Source: Camelus dromedarius
Taxonomy: Eukaryota
Direction of reading: 5' to 3'
DNA length: 64,000 bases
Assembly: GCF_036321535.1 (NCBI RefSeq)
Contig: NC_087437.1
Location: forward strand, 118,484,001 to 118,548,000
Under the pieces are notes generated by a model. That model was not told the DNA's origin. It made no database searches and was given only the letters and a program-made list of their open reading frames with translations. Position 1 is the stretch's first letter, and the number at the start of each line of letters is the position of its first letter. Below, piece by piece: positions 49,872 through 60,597 of the stretch. The position numbers were made by a program, and so were the translations under genes.

Positions 49872-50311
49872 AAGAACACACCGTGGAGTGGCTTTCCCCT
49901 CTTTGCAGCCCCCAGGATTGTTCCCCCCCCAAAAAAATTATGTGTGTGTTTGCGATGGTGCCAGGGTCTGTTTTTGGGAGAAGCCCAAGCTAAGTGGCTT
50001 GTGCCAGAGGCCCTGAAACACAGAGAAAGTGTTACTGGCTAGCCTTGCTTCTCCCTGCCCTCCCACCGTCTTCCCATCTCCTGCGTCAGGGCTGTGCATC
50101 TGCATTTCTTGCTGATTATTAAATACATTCAAGGGTGAACAGCCTGTGCACCCTCACAGCACACACACACAGGGCTGCTGATGCTTGTGACCCAGAGACC
50201 ACTCAGAGCACGTGGGGTCCGTGGGACTTCTCAGCACCTGCCCTCCCTCCTGTTACTGCCTGGGGAGCAGCATCCTTCAGTCCCGCGTCCGTTTAAAGCT
50301 CTGGGGTCTCA

Positions 50312-50761
50312 CGTCACCCAACGCAGGCTTTATGTGTGCCCGATGCACAGTGAGGCCAGGCAAACAGAAACGGTGGAGTTTGGAGCAGAGAAAGGTCTAT
50401 TGCAGGGCCAGGCAAGGAGGGGCGGCTTGTGGCCCCAAACCTCTGAACCCCCCGAAGGGTTTCAGCAAAGCCTTTTAAAAGCCCGGTGGGAGGAGGGATG
50501 GCCCAGGGTGTGTGATCAGCTCGTGCACAGGCCTCTGAGTGGCTGACGAGGAGGTAAGGGCGTCAGCACCACCAGTCCTTAGGCGTCTGGGGACCACGTA
50601 CTCCTGATCATCCAGGAGTAAATCTCTTCCATTTGCTGGTGGCTTTAGCATCTGAAGAACTCCAGAAATACATACCAGATGCTGTTACCTGGGTCCTCCC
50701 GAGAGGAGCCACAGCAGAGGATACGGGGGAGGGAAGGTCTCCATCGCCCTGCTCGGTTACA
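50312..50761 (-). mobile_element. ERV1-type solo LTR
   Basis: GGAGTTTGGAGCAGAGAAAGG..GAAGGGTTTCAGCAAAGC..GTGTGATCAGCTCGTGCAC..CCTGCTCGGTTACA. Confidence 0.75.
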
Positions 50762-51958
50762 TTTAATCGAGACCTTTAACTACTCTCCCCTTCAGTTTTA
50801 TCTCTAAGCTGGGCTAAGCCCCGCCCACTGCACATGTCTGCAACACAAGCTAAACGAGATGTTTGGGGACATCCTGCTCTTACGAGCAGAAGTGCAGTCT
50901 CCCTAAGGGCTTGTGGCTGTAAGTTCCGGGGTTCCACCTACCTGGACCGGACCCCATGGATGAGGCTGTGGGGCACCATTGACAGGACCCGGGCTCCCTG
51001 AAAAGCAGGGGACAGGTGGGGAGATCGTGTGCCTCCTGCTTTACTGGGGGGTCCAACCCCAAAGGTAGACTGAGCCAGGGATGGAGAGTGAGGCCAGGGA
51101 GCGCGGGTAGCAGGTGGGAGCGCTTGTATCTGGCGTCTCTGTGGCAGACTGCTCACCCCAGGGTGCCCCGAGCAGCCTGACAGACCTCGCTCAGGGGCAC
51201 CCCTTGGAGGGGAGCGCCCGCCCCAGTTCTCTAGGCAGGTGGTCCCTGTGGGAGTGGCTCAGAGGAGGCACTGCGGGTGGTGAGGACGGAAGCCAGGGTG
51301 TGGGGGGCGAGGCGCAAGAGGTACTGGAGCGCGCACTGTCGGGGTGCACGCCTGGGCAGCCGGCCAGACCCCCCCGAAAAGCAACTCGAGGCACAGGTGA
51401 GGTCTTGAGGTCTGAACTGGGGCACAGCGGGTTCCTGCCACACCTTGTTTCCAAATGGAATCATCCCTGGGGCGCCTCCTGGTTTCCCTGCTTTGTTTTC
51501 TTTCTAGTCTTGATCCTGTCACCTGCGCATTTCTCAGCTGTTCTTGGGAAAGCTCAGGCTTTCGAAGATATTGCCCACCTGCCAAGCATCCTTTCATCCT
51601 GCCACAGGCCAGGCCACTCAGCTTGTGGGGTTCACTACGGGCCACTCACGTCCTGGGCCGGGCGCTTGGTGGAGTGGGGGCGCTGCTGTGGCGCTGCTGT
51701 GGGTAAGTCCTGGGGTTGCGGCAAACCCAGGGCTCTTCCGATCTGGAATCTTCCAGAGCTCTGAACACGGGGCTTGCGGTCACCCCTCACCTCTCACAGT
51801 TCCTGACAGGTGCCTTACACACGTAGCCCAGGGCTGATGGACGGTGTTCCCGGAGAGCGAATACTGTTAAATTAAAAACGAATGAACGGCACCAGCAGGC
51901 ACAGGCTAGCCTGTTTACATAGCTCGTGCCTGAGGCCATAAGGCCAATCAAAAGTAGC

Positions 51959-52093
51959 GGAGGGTACAGCTCAGTGCTGGCTTGTGCTCAGCATGCACAA
52001 GGTCCTGGGTTCAATCCCCAGTACCTCCATGAAGTAAATAATAATAGAAATAAATAACCTTAATTACCTCCTCCTCACATGCCAAAAAAAAAA
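51959..52093 (+). mobile_element. Vic-1-type SINE
   Basis: GGAGGGTACAGCTCAGTG..GGTTCAATCCCCAGTACCTCCA..TAATTACCTCC and polyA. Confidence 0.88.
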
Positions 52094-55000
52094 GAGTTGG
52101 TTAAAAAAAATAAAAGCTGGTCTCAAGCAGCAGATCAAGGTGACAGAGGTGGTCCGTGGGAGGACTTCTGGGCCAGAGGCATCCCTGCAGGGAGGTCCCT
52201 CCTCCACCCCAAGCAGGTTCCAGCCTGCTGGGTGGTGCCACCCACCCGGCGACCTGCTCCGTCCCGTCCCACATGGCAAAGACTCGCCAATGGAAATGTG
52301 GGGCTACCTCTGTGCCAAGGCTGGGAGCGGTGCTGCCAAGGAGTGTGGGATTGGAGCCACCAGCTCTTCCACTTAGGGCACAGCTGGGTGGCATTCTGCA
52401 GGAGGGCATGGCCCGACTTGCTGGGCCCCTGAGCAGGGGAAGTATCTGCTGCACCCCCTTTTCAGGAAAGAAGAAACAAGAAGGGGGTACCTAACTCTAA
52501 CCCAGTCCCCAATAAGTCAGTCAATTCAGAATGTCCAGCAGGGTCTTCCATCTCTGCTGACTTTCCCAGCAGGCCCCCCCCGGAGGCCTGCCACGGACCA
52601 AGAGAGCTGTCGGGGAGTCTGGCAAGCTGTCCCTCTGCACGCCCGTGCCTCTCAGCTCTCCCTGGGCCGAGACGCTCAGTCTCGGTGCCCGGCAGCCTGG
52701 AGCCTTAGGCTTCCCTTGTAGGATCGAGGCAGCTGGACTGTGGCGCTGCCCCTGGTTGGGATCCCCTGGATAAGTGGACACAGACACCGGGCGAGAGCCA
52801 GGTGTCCCACAGAAGAAGGGTCTCAGTGGTCCAGCTCACTAAGAAAGCCATGGCGTCCGCGTGCTTCTCCCCCAGGACCTCCGCCAGGCAGGGGTGGGCG
52901 GCAGCCCCTTCACCACTGTTCTGCTGTGCTTCCCAGGGGCTGGGCAGCGGCCACAGCTCCATCCCTCTGTTCCTGGGTCCTAGGCAAGTGACAGGCCCTG
53001 TGCACCAAGGGTCCCGCCCAGCATCCAAGGAGATGGGAGAGGGAGGGCCTTGCGGTGGCGGGTCTGAGATGCCAGCGAGGACAGCAGGCACGCTGGGCTC
53101 ACACCAGCCCCGGTGCAGCCACTTTGTGACTGTTCTCAAATTCTCCTGCCAGCTGTTCGGGAAGCTGTCGGCTGGATCTGACACAGGTGGAAACCGAGTC
53201 TCTGCTGAGTGGCAGAGCCGGGAGGTGAGCGCAGGTGTGTCTGATTTCCAAAAGAAGGTGGCAGTGGAGGTTTCCTTCTGCGCGGGGAGCCGGGCTGTGG
53301 AGCCAGAGCCAGAGACACGGCGAGGAAGCGGCAGGATGCAGGGTGGAGGGTCTGGACGAGCCCCTTGGCCTCCGCTGTGGGGCAGGGTTCTTGCTCTCGG
53401 CTGCCTGGGGTGGGCGTCCCCAGAGCCACCGCTCCCCGCACCCGCCTGAGAAGGTCAGGTCCTGCTTTGTTTATTGCTGAATTCTCAGTGCCTACCTCTG
53501 TGTCTGTCTATAGTGGGTGCTCAATATACATTTGAAAAAGCCAATCCATCAGTTGATCAGTAGGATGGCTGAGCAGACCAAAACTCCACACTTACTCTCA
53601 TGGAATTAATCCAAACCTGTTTTCACTACAGTTGCTTTGAACATCCCTGCATAATACGCCTCTCTCTCTCTCTCTCCCTCTTTAGCCAAAACCCTACATA
53701 TCTGCCCCTTGAATTATGGGCAGGAAAGGGCATGGCTTTGGGGTGAGTCTTCCTCCATAAATACAGATTCCACCTCATTCCCGGACCACCATCTCCAAAC
53801 AGCTCGTTGGGGGAAAGAAATTTAAAACTGTGTCTTCATATGAAATCTTTCAAAACTAAAAAGAGAAAACAAGGCTCCCCCCACCAACCATGTCTATATT
53901 TTGAAATTGGCTCAGAAAGAAGTTTGAGAAAAATCTCTGTCCATCTGCTGCCCCGCCTTCCCTCAGCCGAGCGCTGCTCAGCCGGGGTACGCGGAGCCGG
54001 AGAGACGGTGAAGACGCGCAGAAAACCTCCTCCCAGCCCACACGGCTGTTCGTTTTCCAGAACGGCGCTCTTGCCAAATGGGCTTCTGGCTTCACCCACT
54101 CACACGACTTTCTCGCTCACTGTTTAGAAGAGGCGTCTTGGCAGAAGGGGCCACGGTGTGAGCCTGGCACGCCGTTCCCGCTCCGGTGGCGAGAGCTGGG
54201 GCAGGACGCAAACCCGCGGAGGCAGGTGGAGCTGACCTTGCGTTCTCCTTACGGGTCCCTCTCCCCCTAGATGTCCGTCCTCTTGTCACCCAGGCGCCCC
54301 GTCTCCGCCCACAGCAAGCTGCTTGCTTTACACACTCATCTCACAGGCAGGTATTCAGGGCTGCAGTCAGCCTGGCACCGTTTGAAGTGTCTCGTGCGTG
54401 TGAACAGCACACACTCTGACGGTGGGTATCATTGCAGCCATTTCCCAGACGAGGAAACTGAGCGTCAGGGAGCCTGTCTGAGGCCGCACAGCTGGTGCAC
54501 GGCGGGGCGCCCGCCCCAGACCCCGCCCCGTGCCCACCAGCACAGCCCCGGCAGCTCCCTCAGCGTCGAGGTGGGCCGGCCTGGACCTCCCCCCGAAGCC
54601 AGGGAGGGCAAGGGGCTGGTCTGCTCATCCTTCTGCCAATGGGAGGGACTTGGGGGGCCGCTCCAGAAGCTCCTGCACCCAGGCCCGCCCAGAAGCCAGT
54701 CTCTTCCATTTAACCTTAACCTGGAATGCGGCGCCCAGAGGGAGCCTCTTTTCTGGCTCCTCTAAACCAATACATACGTGTCAAGGGGTCTGTCACACTA
54801 GTCATTCCGGAGGATCCAAGGCAACTCTCCTCTCCTTGCTCTGTTCTGAGGACTGCGTGCCAGGCCGGGCTGGGGCGGGCACTGACGTCTGGGAACACGG
54901 AGGGCTTCCCAGAGCACTTTAACCCGAAGGGTTGGCGGCGGGTCTTGTCTGGGGCACCGGGAAGCAGCCTCTGATGCCCTTGGCTGTACTGCTGCTGGTC

Positions 55001-55710
55001 ACGCTAACATTTGCTCTGTGGATAATTTTGACATTTACTGGGCTATAAAGCCCACCTGTCCCTGGGGCACCGTGTCCTTAGAAACACTTGGTGCCTGATG
55101 TGGAAAAGCAAACAGGGAAGGTGGTTGGCTGTGTCTTCATCTGGAGAGCAGAGCAGAGGAACTGGTGGGACAGATGTGTCCAAGACGCTTCTGGAGAGAA
55201 AGAGGGGTGGGAAGGGGGGACCCCGCATCAGGAAAATAAGTGTGGTCTCTCCCCTGAAGCAGACAGACCTCTGCGACGTCCCAGTGGGAAGGAGATTGCT
55301 CTGGACCACAAGCCGAGGGACAGGTGGCAACGTGACCCAGGGCAAGTGGCATCACCCAGACAAGACAGGCTTGGACCAATTATGTGTAACTTTCTTCCCT
55401 GCAGAACTTATTCTTCCAAAGAAACTTCTATCTTAACCCTGTGGGACTGAGGAGAGAGCTTCTTGCTGATCCCCAAGTTTTAGGACCAGGAGCCCCAGCA
55501 CAGCATCCAGCCTCTGCCACATGGGGCTCTTCTCTGTCCCAGTAGCCCAGGATCCCCTGCCGCACCCGGATGCTGGGCTGTTGACCAAAGGGGCAGGAAT
55601 GTGTCACAATGGCCAGGCTGCCCCTGATTCAGGGCAGTACAGGTCTTCAGGCCATTATGCTTTTCCAGGACAGAAACGAGGACCCGGCACTGACTCCCAG
55701 TCACAATTCT

Positions 55711-56148
55711 TGTGTGAATATCCTAGGGCAGTGGTAACAAAGCACCACAAGTGGAGTGGATTAAACAGCGGAAATTGATCAGCTCCCAGCTCTGGAGGCT
55801 GGAATCCAGGTCAAGGCATGCGCAGGGCTGGTTCCTTCTGAGGCTGTGACGGAGAGTCTGTTCCAGGCCCTCCCCGGGCTTCTGGGGGTTTGCTGGAGAT
55901 CTGTCACCCCTTGACTTATACAAGCACCTCCCTGATCTCTGCCTCCATCTTCACAGGACATCTCCCCATGTGCCTGTCTGAGTCCAAATCTCGCCTTTTA
56001 TAAGGACACCAGTCACACGAGGTTAGCCTGACCGCGTCCTACCTAATGACATCCGCGATGACCCTACTTCCAATAAGGCCACGTTCACAGGTACTGGGGT
56101 TAGGCCTTCACGTCGGGACGTGGTGGAAACACAACTCAGCCCACACCA
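55711..56148 (-). mobile_element. MaLR solo LTR (MLT1B/C-like)
   Basis: GTAACAAAGCACCACAA..CTTTTATAAGGACACCAGTCA..CAATAAGGCCACGTTCACAGGTACTGGGGTTAGG. Confidence 0.85.
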
Positions 56149-56426
56149 GCTGTAGTCCAACAGCCCGGGCGCGCTGAGGGGGACATCCGGTCCCAGCTCT
56201 CCTGCCTCGTTTCCAGAGTGAAGAGGCTTCGTCTCCTTATCTTTAATATATTTGTTCAAAAGCAAGAAACTTAATTTCTAGATAAAGAAGGACCCCCCCC
56301 CCCACTCCACTGTTCCTTCTCACTGGAACCACTGGGTCACAACTTCCACTGTCGCCTCACTGAGGACAGTCACTGTCAAAGCCTGCGCACTCCACCACTG
56401 TCCTCGGAGGAAGTGAAATTACACAA

Positions 56427-56908
56427 GTGCGTGTGTGTGTCTGTGTCTGTGTGTGTGTATGTCTGTGTGCGTGTCTGTGTGTCTGTGTGTATCTGTGTGT
56501 CTGTGTGTGTGTCTGTCTATGTGTGTGTGTCTGTGTGAATGTCTATGTGTGTGTTTGTGTGTGTATGTCTGTATGTGTGTGTGTCTGTATGTGTGTGTGT
56601 GTCCGTATGTGTGTGTGTGTCCATGTGTGTGTCTATGTGTGTGTGTCTGTGTGTGTGTCTCTGTGTGTGTGTGTCTGTGTGTGTGTCTCTGTGTGTCTAT
56701 GTGTCTGTATGTGTGTGTGTGTGTGTGCCTGTGTGTGTGTCTGTGGGTCTGTGTGTGTGTGTCTGTGTGTGTGTCTGTGGGTCTGTGTGTGTCTGTGTGT
56801 GTGTCTCTGTGTGTCTATGTGTCTGTATGTGTGTGTGTGTGTGTGCCTGTGTGTGTGTCTGTGGGTCTGTGTGTGTGTGTCTGTGTGTGTGTGTGTCTGT
56901 GTGTGTGT
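56427..56908. repeat. ~480-bp interrupted (TG)n/(TGTC) microsatellite
   Basis: Direct; explains the poly-CV and poly-HT ORFs. Confidence 0.95.
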
Positions 56909-57948
56909 TGAGGGGAGGGTACTCTTCCAACCCTCCAGGGGAATTTGGACAAGCATCTTTCTTTAAAAGCTCAATGTGGAAAGTGGATAAAAAGGGAAAA
57001 CCCTGGGTGGGAAGAGGGGGCGGCCGCATCCCGGAGTGGAGTAGCGCCATGCCTCCCACCTCGGTGCCTGGTAAACTTCGGCTGCCCCGGGAGCAAACAT
57101 GTACTTCATTTTCTGTAAGGCCTTTCTTGGAGCATCAGGGTCAGGCCACCTGCAGCTGGAGCCTGGGGCAGGAAGGACCCCCGGGGCTCCTGCAAGAGTG
57201 GAGGGTGTTGCTTCACCAGGACGTCCCTCGGTGCCCCCCTTTCCTGGCACTGCCCTGGGGCCGCAGCACAGCCTCCCCATCATGGCCTCACCCCAGGCCC
57301 CAGCTCCAGATGCCAGGGGGAGCAGTGTGCTCTGGGGACAGCCAGGGCTGAGACCTAGGCCACAAGAGCCACCACGCTGCCTGGGCTCCCTGAGCGAGAC
57401 CTGCTGGCGCTGTCATCCACGTCACGGGCAGAAAGGCTCTGCGAGCTGTTGAGGGGCCAGCTCCGTCCTGCATGACATAGAAGTGAGTGCTGGCCTCTGT
57501 GAGCGGCGTAATCTGACGGGTTGTAGGAAGCACTTCCAGGTGATGAGGAAAGGACTCTGCATGTATTAATTACAAAGCTCAGATGTGCCCAGCCCACGAG
57601 GGGCCCTACAGTTGTTACTGAATCCCAGTCCTGGGAATTCCCTGCTGTCGTCACCTGTCACACCTGACTCAGAGCAGAGGCCCCCGTCTCCCCTGTGGCA
57701 GCTTAACCAGGCAGTGACACAGGGGAAGGGCCTGTCCGCGGTGCTGGGCCAGTTGCAGTGCCTCCCAGGCCTCTGGCTCGCGTGCCCCCCTTGGCTCAGC
57801 CAGAAGCCCGGAACCATGTGCCTGGAGGCCGACCGCTTTGCAAAGGATCCGATCAGATGTTTTATTAACCTCCAGGTTTCTCTCCTTCCATTTAACCATG
57901 GTGAGACTACGGCATCTGATCCACCTGGATTTTTGTTCTAAAATCAAA

Positions 57949-58425
57949 TGTGAATGAAAAATATTGCAGCTGTATCAGTAAAGGATGCTGCAGCCACCAA
58001 GCCATCAGCCACTACTGTCACCCCCCGACAGTGAGGGGAGGGGACTCAGGAGGGAAACAAGCAAGCAGCCCCCAGCGTGCCCCTGGGGGAACTCAGGATG
58101 TGGAAGAATGGGACACTGCCCTAGACAGCTAGGTGCATGTCAAAGGGAAGATTTCAATGAGCACAGACCTTTGCACCTTCCCACACGTAGAAAAGCCTAA
58201 ATTCCTTAACTTGAGATGTCTGGCTTTCTTTAACAGGAACTATTTGATGTTCCGACTACCTGGTCTTTCTGGCAAAACTCCTGTATATCCTGGCTCCTCC
58301 CTGCCACTTTGGAACAGTCTCTTAGAACGATCTGAGAGGCTGTCACCCCAGGTTCGGACCCTCAGAAAGTCCTGTGAATAAAACATAACTCTCAACTTAG
58401 GTTGTGAATTTTATTTCCGTAGACA
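57949..58425 (+). mobile_element. ERV1-type solo LTR, family B
   Basis: TGTGAATG..AATAAA..AGACA; perfect 4-bp TSD CAAA. Confidence 0.9.
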
Positions 58426-58639
58426 CAAAGGTTTTCTGAGTTTTCCCTTTTGTACACAATGAAGCACGGAGTGGACTTGTGTTCTGATTTTAGTCAGGTT
58501 GGTCTTGACAATTTTTAGATAATTCACGGAATAAATTGTGCGGTTTTTCGGTGTCCTCAGTCCTGGGGCTAATGTGGGGGGAAGGGGTGGCCCAGAAGCC
58601 CCGTGGGCCAGGCTTACTCAGCACAGCACGTGGAATCTT

Positions 58640-58790
58640 GCTGTTCCACGAGGGGAGGACTATTGGCCCAATTCACAGCGGCGGAAACTGAGGGCCAGAG
58701 AGGGTGAGAAACTACCCAAAGTCCCACAGCTGGGAAGTGGCGGCACCAGGATGGCTCTAAGGCTTGCTGGGCTTCACGGTCTGTGCCCTT
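58640..58790 (-). mobile_element. MIR
   Basis: CCCAATTCACAG..GGAAACTGAGGGCCAGAGAG..CCCAAAGTCCCACAGCT. Confidence 0.65.
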
Positions 58791-58999
58791 CGTACGACAC
58801 CAAACTGCCCTTTGTAACTCGGTGCTGAACGCACTTGGTCCTCCAGACCCTAACGTCTAAGTCAGCAAATCAGCGGGGCCTCCGGAAGCCAGGGTCCACA
58901 CTGCACATCTAACAAGGCAGGAGTGGGAAGCAACACCTGCAGGGAGTCATGATGAAATGGGGTGAACTCTTCCTGCATAAATCTGATTGTGGGTCATTA

Positions 59000-59326
59000 T
59001 GTGGAAAAATAAAGGGAGGACATTTGAGCCTTAAAAAAAAATCCTAGTGAACGCAGTTTGCAGACTGAGGCATAAAGGAGGCTGAGGTCCTGATCAAGAC
59101 CCCGTTGACAGGGTATTAGAGAGAAAACGCCGAGGGGCGGGCCCGCTGCTTGTGGGGGGGGGGGGGGCGTGGCCAGCTCAGACAGAAACGTTTCCTGTAG
59201 TTAGAAAACTACAGACAAGAAGAAAGTATATCTACTCACAAAACCGGCTTTTCTAGTTTTGCCTTAAACCTCCCAGGGAGCCTGGCAGTTCCGGGGCTAA
59301 GGCAGGGCCCCTCTCCTAAATCAACA
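59000..59326. mobile_element. Probable degenerate solo LTR
   Basis: TGTGGAAAAATAAA start and AAATCAACA end; family not recognised. Confidence 0.35.
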
Positions 59327-59350
59327 AGGACCAGGTTAACAAGGCGCGCC

Positions 59351-59759
59351 TGTAACAGTAAAGCCGCCAGTGAATTTACCAGCAAAACAGGTTTATTCAA
59401 GAGCAGTGGGGAATAGTAACTCGGCCACACCCTGATGTCCAATCTCCCATCAGTCCAGAAAGCAAAGGAAAGGAAACTTACACAGAGGAGAAGGGGGAGC
59501 TGGGAGGGGCCGTCTGAAACAAAGTGTCCGTTGGAGGATGGAGTGGGAAGTATAGGGGCTTTCCATTGGCTGAGCTGTTGTCAAGCGAAGAGAAAATCTT
59601 CCTCCTGCTGGGGAAGGAAACTGGTAAGCTTCCTGCCTGAGACGCAGGGTACCTTTCCTCAAGTTGGAATCTGCAGTGACTTCCATGGTAGGTGTGTAAG
59701 AGCTCCCCCTTCCCGCCCCCTGACTATTTTAGGGAGGTTTCCTTTTATTAATTTTCACA
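59351..59759 (-). mobile_element. ERV1-type solo LTR
   Basis: TGTAACAG..GGTTTATT (minus-strand AATAAA)..CATTGGCTG..TTAATTTTCACA. Confidence 0.65.
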
Positions 59760-59892
59760 CAAGACGACCACATCTGTCACCAGCTGGTCCCCACCCCAAA
59801 CCCAGCAGACTCTTGCTGAAGGCCCTCCTTACTTTCCACCTTTTTCCCTCTCTCCTTCCCCAGCCCCTGGTGTGTCTCTGATGCAACAGCCA

Positions 59893-60597
59893 TTGTTACT
59901 GCTCTCAGTGGGTCTGTGCTCGGGTGCATAGTCAATGAACACGCCAAGTACTTTCGATCAAAGCAGAAGTGTTACTACTTGTGACAGAGACAGGGAGATA
60001 GCTCTCAAAGCATGGACTCCCTGAACAGCAAAATCAGGGCAGTTTTAAGCTAGGGGTGCCTGCACACTCAGGAAGGGAGTGTGACCTTCCCGGTAGGGGT
60101 GGGGTTCTAGATGCACATGCCCAGGGTGCCAACCCTCTCAGACCTAAGCTGCGTGTTAAAAATGGCAACAACCCCCTCCCTTGGGACGGAGAGTTTAGCA
60201 TTAAAATGAGGCAAAGTTTACTCCAGATTGACAAAGTCCAGGCACCTAGGTGAGTGAAGTGATGAGGGCCAGCAAAGGTCAGCGTCTTCCAACCTCAGGC
60301 CCCCGTTAACCTGGTGGCTGAGTGCTGAAGGGGGATTGGATCCTGCAAAACAGCTCAAGAATATGTGCCAGGCTGATCTCTACCTTTGAAACAGAACTTT
60401 GTAACTGATTTATTGTCTCCATTACTTCTCTGGCCTCATAACAGCCATTTGTTCCTACATTCCTTGTTCTTTTAAACCATTAACTACTGAGACCTACTCT
60501 TTGTTCTGCAGGAAGACCTCGGAGGCCAGAGTCCGTCTGCCTCCCAATCACCAGTAAAGAACAGGAGGGGATCTGAAACCCACGTTCTGGTTCTCCA
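59893..60597 (-). mobile_element. ERV1-type solo LTR (MER31/34-group-like)
   Basis: TGTTAC start; CTCTCAAAGC..CTCCCTGAA; CCTGCAAAACAGCTCAAGAATATGTG; right end approximate. Confidence 0.55.

Noticed and set aside
51114..54974. Overlapping 150-216 aa ORFs in the GC-rich segment
   Set aside because: Open on both strands as expected from stop-codon scarcity in GC-rich DNA; G/A/R/P-biased, with no domain or exon chain
56427..57351. Long Cys/Val-rich and His/Thr-rich ORFs (up to 270 aa)
   Set aside because: Produced by the (TG)n repeat
41239..58425. Full provirus between same-orientation family-B LTRs
   Set aside because: No PBS, gag, pol or env; the interval holds older MIR/L2/MLT elements, and the 57949 copy has its own TSD
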